64,000 bases of DNA from the NCBI GenBank assembly GCA_963703285.1, contig OY969807.1, forward strand, positions 1,952,001 to 2,016,000, in the 5' to 3' direction. The DNA comes from an uncultured Nitrososphaerota archaeon (GTDB taxonomy: Archaea; Thermoproteota; Nitrososphaeria; Nitrososphaerales; Gagatemarchaeaceae). The first letter of the stretch is position 1; each line of letters starts with the position of its first letter. The notes beneath the pieces are model-generated. The model saw only the letters and a program-made list of their open reading frames with translations, did not search any database and was not told the origin of the DNA. Shown here piece by piece: positions 29,093 through 38,524 of the stretch. The translations under genes were made by a program, and so were the position numbers.

Positions 29093-29306
29093 GTCCAAGT
29101 CGGACAGGGGCCTCGGCGCCAAGTACGGCGGGACCGTCAGGAAGCGCTACTCCAACGTACACCGCCTCCTAAAGTCCAAGAAGGAGTGCCCATCCTGCGC
29201 GAGCCTCAAGCTGAAGAGGGTCTCGTCGGGTATCTGGAGGTGCGGCACCTGCGGTTTCACCGTCGCGGGCGGCGCCTATGAAGTCTCACAGGCGCGCAAG
29301 GGCTAA
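29085..29306 (+). CDS. rpl37ae: 50S ribosomal protein L37Ae (eL43)
   Basis: GAKYG-x-x-VRKR, CPSC...GIW-x-C-x-x-CG...GGAY. Confidence 0.96.
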   Translation: MPRSKSDRGLGAKYGGTVRKRYSNVHRLLKSKKECPSCASLKLKRVSSGIWRCGTCGFTVAGGAYEVSQARKG

Positions 29307-29508
29307 CCCGATAAGGAAGATACGCCTGAAGGTGGTCCTCGAGGCCGACGAGGCGACCCTCGAGCGCGCGGGGAAGGCGCTGGGCGGCTCCAGAAAGTCC
29401 GCGGGAAAGCTGATGCTCGTCTCGCAAACCTCAGACCTGGACCAAGCGGTTGAGAAGATGGCGCGTCTCGGTGAAGCGGTCAGGGAACGCTCGAAAGACT
29501 TTAAGTAG
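29278..29508 (+). CDS. small protein in the syntenic slot of KEOPS subunit Pcc1 (highly divergent)
   Basis: Lies between rpl37ae and pfdB. beta-alpha-beta-beta-alpha pattern, but no clear Pcc1 motif. Confidence 0.45.
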   Translation: MKSHRRARANPIRKIRLKVVLEADEATLERAGKALGGSRKSAGKLMLVSQTSDLDQAVEKMARLGEAVRERSKDFK

Positions 29509-29532
29509 CCTCGGGGAATCGGTGCGAAGAGT

Positions 29533-29925
29533 TTGAGTCAAGAGATACCGCCTTGGCTGAGAGAGCAGCTTACGAGGCTCGACAACCTGCAGCAGAACCT
29601 ACAGTCCGTCGCGATGCAGAAGCAGCAGGTGGAGGCCGAAGCCAGCGACGCGGACAAGACGCTCGAGGAGCTCAAGAACGTGGCGCCCGAAGAGCAGATC
29701 TACAAGTACGTCGGCAGCCTCCTCGTGAAGGTAACCAAGGAGAGCATCACAAAGGAACTCGAGGAGAAGAAGGACATCTCCAGCACCAGGACGCTCGTCC
29801 TCAACAAGCAGGAGACGCGGCTGAAGGAGAACATCAAGGAACTCCAGGCGAAGATAGACGAGATGATCAAGGCCAGGACGCAGGGGACCGCCCAGGGTCA
29901 GTCTCAGGGCTCCCAAGGCTCGTGA
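29533..29925 (+). CDS. pfdB: prefoldin beta subunit
   Basis: IPPWLREQ, coiled coils flanking IYK-x-VG-x-LLVK. Confidence 0.95.
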   Translation: MSQEIPPWLREQLTRLDNLQQNLQSVAMQKQQVEAEASDADKTLEELKNVAPEEQIYKYVGSLLVKVTKESITKELEEKKDISSTRTLVLNKQETRLKENIKELQAKIDEMIKARTQGTAQGQSQGSQGS

Positions 29926-29988
29926 TCTCTCCGCACGAACTCCCGGTCCGGGGACGCTCGACGGCCGGAGACAGACGCCCGTGAGAGC

Positions 29989-30969
29989 ATGCCCCTCGTG
30001 CTTCCTCCGCCCGAGAAGGTCAAGAAGGTGGCAATCCTGTGCCACCGCCACGCAGACCCGGACACCTACCTCTCTGCCTACGCGCTCTCCTACATGGTAA
30101 CGAGGCTGATGCCGGCAGCGGAGGTCTCGATAATCTTCCCCGACGGGGTGAGCTCCCTCACGCAGCGCCTCGCCGAGTCCTTCCCCCACGAGTCCCGGGA
30201 GGAGAGCCCCGACTACGACCTCCTGCTGGCGGTCGACATAGGCCACATGGAACTCCTCAAGGAATGGAGCGAGAAGCTGAGGCGGTCCAGCGGGACGAAG
30301 GTCCTGATAGACCACCATCCCGCCCAGGAGGGGACGCCGTACGACCAGTCGGTCGTCGACACCACCGCCTCGTCCGCCGCCGAGATAGTCTACAGGCTCT
30401 TGAAGGAGTCCGGGGTCGAACCGGATGCGAAGGTCTCCCAGGCCCTCCTCATCGCTATACTGTTCGACTCCCAGCACCTCTCCATCGCGGGCGTCGGGAC
30501 GCTCCGGGCGGTCGTCGAGCTGGTCGAGCACGGCGCCGTCCTCGAGGACGCAAGGGCGGTCCTCCGGTCCCCGCCCGACTACGGGGAGGTGATAGCAAAG
30601 CTGAAGGCCGCCAAGAGGTCTCGCATCTACAAGTCGGCGGGCTGGGTGATAGTGGTGAGCACCGTTGGTTCCTTCCAGGCGAACGTGGCGAGGGCCTTCA
30701 CGCACCTCGGCGCGGACGTCTCGCTCGTCGTGGGTGAGTTCGACGGAGAGCTCCGAGGCTCGCTCCGCGCCAACGCCCGCTTCAGCACCGCGACCAAGAT
30801 CCACCTGGGAACCGACGTCGCCGAGGTGCTCTCAAGGGGGAGGGGCTACGGCGGCGGACACCCGACCGCGGCGTCCTTCACGTGCAGGGCGGAGGAGGAG
30901 GCGGTGATAAGGGAGTTCCTCGCCCTCATCGGGACGCTGCTTCGGGAGCAACCGACAGAGGTGAAGTGA
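29989..30969 (+). CDS. DHH/DHHA1 phosphoesterase (exosome-operon associated)
   Basis: CH-x-x-ADPD, LIDHH, ILFDS and GGGHPTAA. Confidence 0.92.
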   Translation: MPLVLPPPEKVKKVAILCHRHADPDTYLSAYALSYMVTRLMPAAEVSIIFPDGVSSLTQRLAESFPHESREESPDYDLLLAVDIGHMELLKEWSEKLRRSSGTKVLIDHHPAQEGTPYDQSVVDTTASSAAEIVYRLLKESGVEPDAKVSQALLIAILFDSQHLSIAGVGTLRAVVELVEHGAVLEDARAVLRSPPDYGEVIAKLKAAKRSRIYKSAGWVIVVSTVGSFQANVARAFTHLGADVSLVVGEFDGELRGSLRANARFSTATKIHLGTDVAEVLSRGRGYGGGHPTAASFTCRAEEEAVIREFLALIGTLLREQPTEVK

Positions 30970-31657
30970 GCGTCTTCTCGCCCTTCTGAAGGTACGCCAC
31001 GATCCAGAGCCTCCTTCCGGCCACCCTCATGTTCCTGACCTGCGGCAGGCTGACGATTGCGTACGTCGCGAACGTGACGAGCCCAAACTGGATGGCGTTG
31101 AAGATCGCCGTCATGGTGAGGATGAGGGCGAGGACGTTCGAGGAGGTCACGCTGATGCCGATGTCTTTGAACGGAGCTTGGACCGTGTAGAGGGCGGCCG
31201 TCAAACCGAACAGGGGGGAGACGATGAGAAGGTAGTTCGGGAGGGTCATCGCGGCCGCCCGCAAGACCATCCCCAGCCCTCCGCCGAACCCGACGGCCGT
31301 TCCGACGTTCCTGCTCCGCGCTCGCAACGCCACCTTCGCCCCCAGCCATATCCCCAGAAGGGACGAGAGGATAGCTATGAGCTTGAATTCGGGCCCGAAG
31401 AAAGCGGCGTTCACCCCTAGCGCCATCAGCGTGGCGAACTCTATGAAGGCGGCCACCAGCGCAGGGAGGGGGCCAAAGATGAAGAACGCGAGGAGAATCG
31501 CTATCTCACCCAGGTCGAACTGCAGGTAGGGCACCAGCGGGAAGTACAGCCCTAGGGCTTGCGATACCAGAGTCAGGACCACCGCAAGGGCTCCGAAGAT
31601 CGCCATCCCCGCGAGCGAGACGCTGTCCACCCTCCGAGTCTGACCCATTGTCGCCAT
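30926..31657 (-). CDS. ECF transporter S component (RibU/PanT-like)
   Basis: AIFGALA, PYLQFDLGEI-x-x-LL-x-x-x-x-FGP and IFNAIQ. Divergent from ecfA-A'-T. Confidence 0.8.
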   Translation of the reverse strand: MATMGQTRRVDSVSLAGMAIFGALAVVLTLVSQALGLYFPLVPYLQFDLGEIAILLAFFIFGPLPALVAAFIEFATLMALGVNAAFFGPEFKLIAILSSLLGIWLGAKVALRARSRNVGTAVGFGGGLGMVLRAAAMTLPNYLLIVSPLFGLTAALYTVQAPFKDIGISVTSSNVLALILTMTAIFNAIQFGLVTFATYAIVSLPQVRNMRVAGRRLWIVAYLQKGEKTLTSPLSVAPEAASR

Positions 31658-31689
31658 GCCACGGGCACCCCGCCATGAGTCTAATAAGA

Positions 31690-31721
31690 ATTTGGTAACA
31701 ACCAAATATTTAGTAACCACC
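31690..31721. promoter_or_regulatory. palindromic operator with a degenerate tandem copy, upstream of the ECF S gene
   Basis: ATTTGGT-AACA-ACCAAAT (31690-31707) followed by ATTTAGTAACCACC (18-bp period). AT-rich island next to the S-gene TATA. Confidence 0.6.
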
Positions 31722-31817
31722 CTCTGAGCGGCGCGCCGAAGTCAGTTGCGCCTCCAAAGGGTTATCCTTGCGTCCGCCCCCGCCGTGCCCGTCGCGCCCT
31801 CGGGCGCGCCCTAGCCA

Positions 31818-32666
31818 GTGACAAGATTGACCACGCTTCTCCGCGTCGACGACCTCTCGTTCCGCTACATCGATACCGAGAGGTGGACGCTCGACAAGGT
31901 GAGCATGCAGGTCGAGGAGGGGTCGATCACTATCCTCGCGGGGCAGAGCGGGTGCGGCAAGTCGACGCTCCTCAGGTGCGTGAACGGCCTGATACCCCAC
32001 ATGTACCCGGGAGACTACCTTGGCAGCGTCACCGTGGACGGGATCGCCGTCGACAAGGCGAAGATGGGGGAGATTTCCCAGAAGGTCGGCCTCCTCTTCC
32101 AGAACCCCGAGAACCAGATATTCATGTTCTCGGTCGAGCGCGACGTAGCCTTCGGGCTGGAGAACCTCGGCCTCCCCAGGGAGGAGATCAGGAGGAGGGT
32201 CGACGAGGCCCTGCGCCTCCTCGGGATAACGTCGCTCGCACTCCGCGCTCCGCACGAGCTCTCCGACGGTCAGAAGCAGCGCGTCGCCCTGGCGGGCGTC
32301 ATCGCCATGAGGCCCAAGCTGATCATCCTCGACGAGCCCACCTCCCTCCTCGACCCGCAGAGCGCGTCCGAGCTCGTCTCCCTCGTACGCGACCTCAACA
32401 GGGACCTCGGCATCACCTTCGTCATCGTCGAGCACAGGCTCGAGCTGCTGACACCCGTCGCGGACAAGATCGTGGTCATGGACAGGGGACGCAAGGTGAT
32501 GGAGGGGACGCCCGAGGACGTCCTCACCGACACGCGGGCCATCGGCTACGGCATAGCCGTCCCCCCCGTCTCCCTGCTCTACTCCGACCTGAAGAGGGAC
32601 GGAATGGTGCTGGGGAAGGTCCCGGCGACGCCCCGCGAGCTCGCGGAGGAGGTAAACAGCAGTTGA
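31818..32666 (+). CDS. ecfA1: ECF transporter ATPase EcfA1
   Basis: GQSGCGKS, FQNPENQIF, VAFGLEN, LSDGQKQR and LDEPTS. Confidence 0.93.
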   Translation: MTRLTTLLRVDDLSFRYIDTERWTLDKVSMQVEEGSITILAGQSGCGKSTLLRCVNGLIPHMYPGDYLGSVTVDGIAVDKAKMGEISQKVGLLFQNPENQIFMFSVERDVAFGLENLGLPREEIRRRVDEALRLLGITSLALRAPHELSDGQKQRVALAGVIAMRPKLIILDEPTSLLDPQSASELVSLVRDLNRDLGITFVIVEHRLELLTPVADKIVVMDRGRKVMEGTPEDVLTDTRAIGYGIAVPPVSLLYSDLKRDGMVLGKVPATPRELAEEVNSS

Positions 32667-33477
32667 GCCTCATCGAGTTCAGGGACGTCACGTTCGTCCA
32701 TCAGAACGGGGTGACGGCACTTAGTGACGTCAGCCTGGGCGTCGAGAAGCAGGAGCTGGTAGGCATAGTTGGCGAGAACGGAGCCGGAAAGACCACGCTC
32801 GTGAAGCACATCAACGGGCTGCTCAAGCCCACCACCGGCTCGGTCTCGGTCAACGGCAAGAACACCCGCGACGTCTCCACCGCCACCCTCGCTCGCGAGG
32901 TGGGGATAGCCTTCCAGAACCCCGACCACCAGCTCTTCTCCGAGAGCGTCGAGAACGAGATCACCTACGCCCTGAAGAACTTCGGGTTCGACAGCGGCGT
33001 GATCCAGAGGAGACTGGACTGGGCGCTCGGCTTCTTCGGGCTGGAGGAGTACAGGAAGTCCTCGCCCCTGATACTGAGCGGGGGGAGAAGAAGCGCCTCA
33101 CCCTCGCCTCCATACTGGCCTGGGACCCCTCCATCGTCGTCCTGGACGAGCCGACGGTGGGCCAGGACTCCATCCAGAAGGAGAAGCTCGCCGGGATCGT
33201 CAGGATGCTCCACGAGGCTGAGAAGACGATCATCATTGTCTCGCACGACGTCGAGTTCCTCTGGAGGCTCCAGCCGAGGATCCTCGTGATGAAGCAGGGG
33301 AGGGTGGTCGGCGACGGCCCCTGCGCGACGGTCATGCACGACGCAGCACTCCTCGCGAACGCGAGGGTGACCCAGCCCCAGCTGGTCCAGCTCTACGACG
33401 ACCTGGATGAGAGGCCCGGGACGCCCTTCCCCGACGTCTCGGCGGCGAGGAGCTGGATCGGGAGGGGGAGGAGCTAG
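32663..33477 (+). CDS. ecfA2: ECF transporter ATPase EcfA2 (frameshift in G-run 33080-33085)
   Basis: GENGAGKT and FQNPDHQLF. One more G restores LSGGEKKRLTLA, which continues into LDEPTVGQD and SHD. Confidence 0.88.
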
Positions 33478-33478
33478 C

Positions 33479-34222
33479 GTGTACTGGATCACCGGCGGCT
33501 TCCTCTTCAGGAGGGTCGTCTCCCCGTTCCACAAGCTCGACCCCCGGATCAAGCTTGCGGTAGCGGCCGAGCTCTTCGTGCTCTCGCTCGCCGCCTCCTC
33601 CGTCATCCCGATCCTCACCGTCCTCGCCTCGATAATCGCGATCGCTGCCGTGGCCAAGTCGCTGAAGAGGATAGGCAGGACGATGGCCTTCTCGCTCCTC
33701 TTCGCCGCGTTCATCTTCGGGATCAACCTGGCATTCGGGCTTGGCCTCCTAAGGTCGTTCACCTACGCCCTGCGCTTCCTCGCGATCATCAGCTCCTCCA
33801 GCCTCTTCTTCGTCACCACCTCGCCAGACGAGCTCGAGCAGATCATGAAGTGGATGAGGATACCCCGGGACGCGGTCTTCGCCTTCGTGACGGCGGTGAG
33901 GTTCATCCCGGTGGTCATGCTAGACACCTTCCAGATCATGGACGCGCAGAAGTCGAGGGGGCTCGAGCTGGAGAAGGGAAGCCTGCTCACCCGCGTCCGC
34001 AACATGGTCCCGATACTCATCCCCCTCGTCGTGAACTCTGTCATCCGGTCGGGCGAGCTCGCGGAGGCGATGGAGTCCAGGGGCTACGGCTCGACGCCCC
34101 ACCCCACCTCCCTCTACAGGATGAAGCTGAAGTGGTACGACTGGGCCGTCTTCCTCGTCAGCGCGGCCGCGTTCGCGGCAGCACTGTATATCTACCTCTT
34201 CCTCCGGTTTCCGCTCCCATGA
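33479..34222 (+). CDS. ecfT: ECF transporter transmembrane component T
   Basis: HKLDPRIK, RFIP, AQKSRG and AMESRGY coupling motifs. Confidence 0.93.
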   Translation: MYWITGGFLFRRVVSPFHKLDPRIKLAVAAELFVLSLAASSVIPILTVLASIIAIAAVAKSLKRIGRTMAFSLLFAAFIFGINLAFGLGLLRSFTYALRFLAIISSSSLFFVTTSPDELEQIMKWMRIPRDAVFAFVTAVRFIPVVMLDTFQIMDAQKSRGLELEKGSLLTRVRNMVPILIPLVVNSVIRSGELAEAMESRGYGSTPHPTSLYRMKLKWYDWAVFLVSAAAFAAALYIYLFLRFPLP

Positions 34223-34902
34223 TTCCGCCGCGAGTGGTAGTTGACGAGAGGGAGAGGGGCTGCGGCGTCCCGGAGGAGCTCGCAAAGTTGAACGTCAGGG
34301 TCTACTTCAGCCGCCTTCCGACCGCCGACTACGTGATCAGCCCCGAGGTCGCCGTCGAGAGGAAGGCGCTCGCCGACTTCGTCTCCTCGGTCTACGACGG
34401 GAGGTTCTTCGTCCAGGTCTCCGCCCTCTCGAGCGCCTACCGCAAGCCGTACCTTCTGGTGGAGGGCGACATCAAGGAGCTCGCCCGGCTGGCCAAAAAC
34501 GTGAACTCCTACTACGGCGCGGTCGCCTCGGTCACGCTCGCCTACGACCTGAGGGTCATCCACACGGCAGACCCCGCCCAGACCGCCTCGGCCATAGCCG
34601 CCCTGATCAAGCACAGCCGGGCCAGGCCCGCGATTATGGGCGCCATCGCCCCGCCCCCCAAGGCGAAGGACGAGCCGCGGCAGCAGCTCTACCTGGTCTC
34701 CTCGCTCCCCGGGGTGGGGACGAAGCTCGCGAAGAGGATGCTCTCAAGGTACGGCACGCCCAGGAAGATAATGGGCCTGACCGAGTCCCAGCTGGCCATG
34801 GTCCAGGGCCTCGGAGGCAAGAGGGCCGCCCGGATAGCCCACATGCTCGACGCGCCGTACGCTTCGCAGAGCGGCCTGCCGATCCAGGAGAGGCTCGAAT
34901 GA
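34219..34902 (+). CDS. xpf: short XPF/ERCC4 structure-specific endonuclease
   Basis: VVDERE, ADYVI, VERK-x-x-x-DF-x-x-S-x-YDGR and two HhH motifs (LPGVG, VQGLG). No helicase domain. Confidence 0.92.
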   Translation: MIPPRVVVDERERGCGVPEELAKLNVRVYFSRLPTADYVISPEVAVERKALADFVSSVYDGRFFVQVSALSSAYRKPYLLVEGDIKELARLAKNVNSYYGAVASVTLAYDLRVIHTADPAQTASAIAALIKHSRARPAIMGAIAPPPKAKDEPRQQLYLVSSLPGVGTKLAKRMLSRYGTPRKIMGLTESQLAMVQGLGGKRAARIAHMLDAPYASQSGLPIQERLE

Positions 34903-35531
34903 GGATCTCCGTCATCGGGGGCACGGGCGACCTCGGTCTAGGGCTGGCGGCCAGGCTCGCCAGGTCTCACGAAGTGATGATCGGCTCCAGGGACGCATCC
35001 CGCGCCGCCGAGGCGGCGGTGAGGGCCTCCGTCCTCTCCGGCTCGCACGTCCTGGGGATGGGGAACGGCGAGGCGGCGCGCCGATCTGAGGTCTCCATCC
35101 TGGCCATCCCGGACCTGCCCTCGGAGGAGTTCCTCGATTCGCTGAAGCCGGACCTGGCCGGGAAGCTGGTCATCTCCCCGATCGTCGGGATGAAGATGGA
35201 GAAAGGGCTGTTCTCGCCCTCGCTCGAATCGGGCTCGGCGGCGGAGAGGGTCGCCTCGGTGCTGCAGACCAGGGTGGCCGGCGCGTTCCACACCGTCCCC
35301 GCCGCGAGGCTACTCGAGGTGAACCGGGAGCTGGACTACGACGTGCTTGTCACGGCCGATTCGAGGGAGGTCTACGCCGAGGCCGCGAGTGTCGTCTCCA
35401 GCGTGCCGCGTTTGCGGCCCCTCTACGCAGGACCTCTGAGGAACTCCAGGATGGTCGAGGGCATCACGCCGACCCTCCTCAACCTGGCCAAGCTCAACAA
35501 GCTTAGGACCCCCTCGCTCAAGATCGTCTGA
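34899..35531 (+). CDS. npdG: F420H2:NADP+ oxidoreductase (Fno/NpdG)
   Basis: IGGTGDLG-x-GLA-x-RL, IGSRD, SAAE, AFHTVPA and G-x-L-x-NSR-x-VE-x-x-T. Confidence 0.9.
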   Translation: MRISVIGGTGDLGLGLAARLARSHEVMIGSRDASRAAEAAVRASVLSGSHVLGMGNGEAARRSEVSILAIPDLPSEEFLDSLKPDLAGKLVISPIVGMKMEKGLFSPSLESGSAAERVASVLQTRVAGAFHTVPAARLLEVNRELDYDVLVTADSREVYAEAASVVSSVPRLRPLYAGPLRNSRMVEGITPTLLNLAKLNKLRTPSLKIV

Positions 35532-36060
35532 TGGTCCCGACGCCGACCGGCGGGGGCCTGCCCAACCCCGAGTACAGGATAGGGCGGTAGGTCTTGAAGC
35601 TCCAGTAGTCCCCAAAGTCCCCGATCGCTCTGGCTTCCTTCACCTTCACCACGAGTAGTTCGTGGTCGCCGAACCGCTGGGTTCCCACGAGAGCGCAGAC
35701 GGCGTAGGCCGAAGCCTCCCTTATGATGGGGACCTCCGGTGTGCCCCTCAGGCTGCAGTGCAGCCCGCTCGCACTGAGCTTGTCCCCTACGTCGGCGCCC
35801 GAGAAGGAGCCGAGCTTCTCGACCGCCCTGGCGTACCGCCTGTCGAGCCACGAGAGCGAGAGAGACCAAGCCCTGACTATGGCCCCGTGGGTAGCGTGGT
35901 AGGGTGAGGACGAGATCCCCAGGAGCGCCGGCTCGCTGGAGAGCGAGATGACAGATACTGCGGGCATGGCAGACACCTCCCCGCCATGGGCCGCCGCGAC
36001 GACCACAGGTACAGCAGGATAGAGCAGGCGATAGACCCTAGATGCCAGGACCCTCTTCAT
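35518..36060 (-). CDS. flavin reductase-like (split-barrel) protein
   Basis: YRLLYP-x-x-PVVV, DKL and GDHEL motifs. Confidence 0.85.
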   Translation of the reverse strand: MKRVLASRVYRLLYPAVPVVVAAAHGGEVSAMPAVSVISLSSEPALLGISSSPYHATHGAIVRAWSLSLSWLDRRYARAVEKLGSFSGADVGDKLSASGLHCSLRGTPEVPIIREASAYAVCALVGTQRFGDHELLVVKVKEARAIGDFGDYWSFKTYRPILYSGLGRPPPVGVGTIRRS

Positions 36061-36868
36061 GTGCAGTCGGGCGGGCCGGGGGGCTTAACTCTTTTGACGG
36101 ATTGAGGGCGTAGCCCGACCTCCTGTCGGCGCCGGTGATGCTCCAAGCCAGAACGAAGAAGCCCAGCGAGAGGAGGAAGATGACTCCCTCGAACACCCAG
36201 GTCGGGACATCCTGGGCGAAGGGAACGAGCGCGTCGAGCAGCCCCATCGGCAGGGCCACGTAGAGGTAGATCCTCTTCCTCAGGTACGCCGCGAGGACGC
36301 AGAGGTACCCCCACGAGAAGTGGGCCAAGAGGGACGAAACCCTCTCCAGGATGCCAAGGGCCATCGGGAAGGCCAGCTGCGAAGGAGGGTAGAAGAGGCT
36401 CGGACTCGAGGTTACGATGGTCTGGTAGACAGACGCAGGCAAGAGACCGTTCGCGATGAGCAGATACGTCCCGATCAGGTTGACGAGGGAGAGGGCGCCG
36501 AGGAGGACGCCGTTCTCCCAAAATGCCAGTGATATCCCGTAGGCCTCGCCGTCGGCAGCCACCATCTGCTTCTTTGAGACGGCATACCTCGCCACGAGGT
36601 AGGCGAGGCCCACCTCGAAGAAGCAGGTCTGCAAGCCGAAGTAGAGTCCCGTCTGCACGCTGGCGCTACCGAACGCCGCGACCACGGGCCCGTAGGTGTA
36701 GGTTTGGACCACCTCCTTCAGCCCGATGGCGCCCGCGTACGCGATTAGCGAGAAGAGCAGGACGGAACTCACGAGCCTCCTCCTCTTCCTCCAGTAGACG
36801 ACCAGCCCCGCGCTGAACGCGATGACCACCGCCGGCTGGATTAACAGCGCGGGGTCGATGTTCTGCAT
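36038..36868 (-). CDS. YhfC-family intramembrane glutamic/metallo-protease
   Basis: QT-x-FFEVG, YGISLAFWENG and ERVSS-x-x-x-H. About 8 TM helices. Confidence 0.75.
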   Translation of the reverse strand: MQNIDPALLIQPAVVIAFSAGLVVYWRKRRRLVSSVLLFSLIAYAGAIGLKEVVQTYTYGPVVAAFGSASVQTGLYFGLQTCFFEVGLAYLVARYAVSKKQMVAADGEAYGISLAFWENGVLLGALSLVNLIGTYLLIANGLLPASVYQTIVTSSPSLFYPPSQLAFPMALGILERVSSLLAHFSWGYLCVLAAYLRKRIYLYVALPMGLLDALVPFAQDVPTWVFEGVIFLLSLGFFVLAWSITGADRRSGYALNPSKELSPPARPTAHEEGPGI

Positions 36869-36974
36869 CCGAGGAGACCGAGGTGCCGCGCTTGATCAAG
36901 CGTTGCCTTCGTCGATCGCGTAACCAAACGAAAGGGTTTTGTTCGCGACCCCGGCCAAGAACCCACACAAGAGA

Positions 36975-38189
36975 ATGGTAGAAGACGTCGGCCTCCTACT
37001 GAGCCTAGGGACACTCGCCGGCGTCGCGCTCCTCCTCGGTCTCCTCTTCGCGAGGCTCCGCACCTCGGTCGTGGCAGCGGAGATCCTCGCAGGGATGCTG
37101 GTGGGACCCTACGTCCTCGGCTGGGTCACCGACACGACGGTCATCGGAGACATCGCGAGCGTCGGCATCGTGGTCCTCCTCTTCCTGATCGGGCTCGAGC
37201 TGGACCCGGTGAAGTTCGCCAGGATGATCGGGAGGGCTGGCTCCCTCACCCTCCTCGAGATGGGGCTCACCTTCATCGTCGGCCTGGGCTGCGCCCGTCT
37301 CATCGGGCTGAGCGTCCCCGAGACGCTAGTCTTCGCCATGGCGGGGAGCGTCACGAGCACCGCCATAGTCGGACAGTACCTCCTCTCCAGGGGTATGCGC
37401 GACCAGACCTCGCGCCTCCTCATAGGACTGCTCGTGATAGAGGACATAGCGGCCGTCGGGTTCCTCGTCGTGATTTCCTCGCTGCCCGCGGGCGGCGTCG
37501 TCACGGCGAGGGTCGGCGTGCTCGCGATCTTCGAGACTGCCCTGGGCGGGTTCGCCCTCATGGCGCTCGGGTTCCTGGTGGCGAGGTACGTCGCTCCCCA
37601 GATGATAAACTACCTGAGCCACTTCGAGGGAGAGTTCGAGGAGCTCCCCTTCCTCTTCGCCCTCGGCCTGGGCTTCGGCTTCGGCGTGCTCGGCGCCTAC
37701 CTGGGATACTCCGCGTCGGTCGGCGCCTTCATCATAGGGCTCGCCATCAGGGGGAAGCACTCCAAATTCCTCGCAGGGAAGGTGGCACCCGTGAAGGGCC
37801 TGCTCGTCTTCGTCTTCTTCGTCTACATGGGCTCGCTCATAGACCCCTTCCCAGCGCTCGCAATCTGGCCGTACTTCGCACTCGTCATGGTCCTTCTCGT
37901 CGCAGCCAAGTACTCGGGCGGGGTTGCCGTCGGAATGATTCTGGGTGCGAGGGACCCTCTGGGGGAGACCGACCCTAGGACGGTGGGCGCCTGGCTCGTG
38001 CCCCGGGGTGAGTTCTCGTTCATCATCGGTCAGGTCGCGCTGACCGCGGGACTCATCGACACGTCGACCTTCTCGATCCTGGGACTGACCGTCCTCGTGT
38101 CCGCCATGACCGGCCCGCTGCTGCAGCGGCTCGGCGAGCGGGGAGTCCCAAAGTCCGAGCACCCCTTCAAGCCCGTCAAGGACGATTAG
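36975..38189 (+). CDS. cation:proton antiporter (CPA2, KefB-like membrane domain)
   Basis: LLFLIGLEL, TSTAIV, GLLVIEDI, GAFIIG and PRGEFSFII. Confidence 0.9.
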   Translation: MVEDVGLLLSLGTLAGVALLLGLLFARLRTSVVAAEILAGMLVGPYVLGWVTDTTVIGDIASVGIVVLLFLIGLELDPVKFARMIGRAGSLTLLEMGLTFIVGLGCARLIGLSVPETLVFAMAGSVTSTAIVGQYLLSRGMRDQTSRLLIGLLVIEDIAAVGFLVVISSLPAGGVVTARVGVLAIFETALGGFALMALGFLVARYVAPQMINYLSHFEGEFEELPFLFALGLGFGFGVLGAYLGYSASVGAFIIGLAIRGKHSKFLAGKVAPVKGLLVFVFFVYMGSLIDPFPALAIWPYFALVMVLLVAAKYSGGVAVGMILGARDPLGETDPRTVGAWLVPRGEFSFIIGQVALTAGLIDTSTFSILGLTVLVSAMTGPLLQRLGERGVPKSEHPFKPVKDD

Positions 38190-38273
38190 AGGCGCACTCC
38201 CTCGCCGAAGGGGATGCACGCAGGAATAACCTGCTCAGAGAATTATATATAATAGGAATATCGACGGCGCGGC

Positions 38274-38471
38274 ATGACCCAACCCCTCCTCGTCGTGGCC
38301 AAGGGCCGCTCCAAGTTCAGCAGGTTCGAGAAGGGATCGCTCCGGGAGGCTGTCAACCTCAGGGATTTCCTCGAGCAGACGGGTGAGTTCGACGCGGTCG
38401 AGATCTTCCAGCTCCGGTCGGTCGAGGGTCCGATGAAGGAGTGGGTGTCTCTGAAGGAGATCGAGCGCTGA
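38274..38471 (+). CDS. small hypothetical protein
   Basis: 65-aa ORF about 30 nt after a strong TTATATATAA box near 38243. Confidence 0.6.
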   Translation: MTQPLLVVAKGRSKFSRFEKGSLREAVNLRDFLEQTGEFDAVEIFQLRSVEGPMKEWVSLKEIER

Positions 38472-38524
38472 CCAGGGTCAGGGCGGAAGGCGGCCGACGG
38501 CGCAGATGAACTGCTTGGCTTCCG

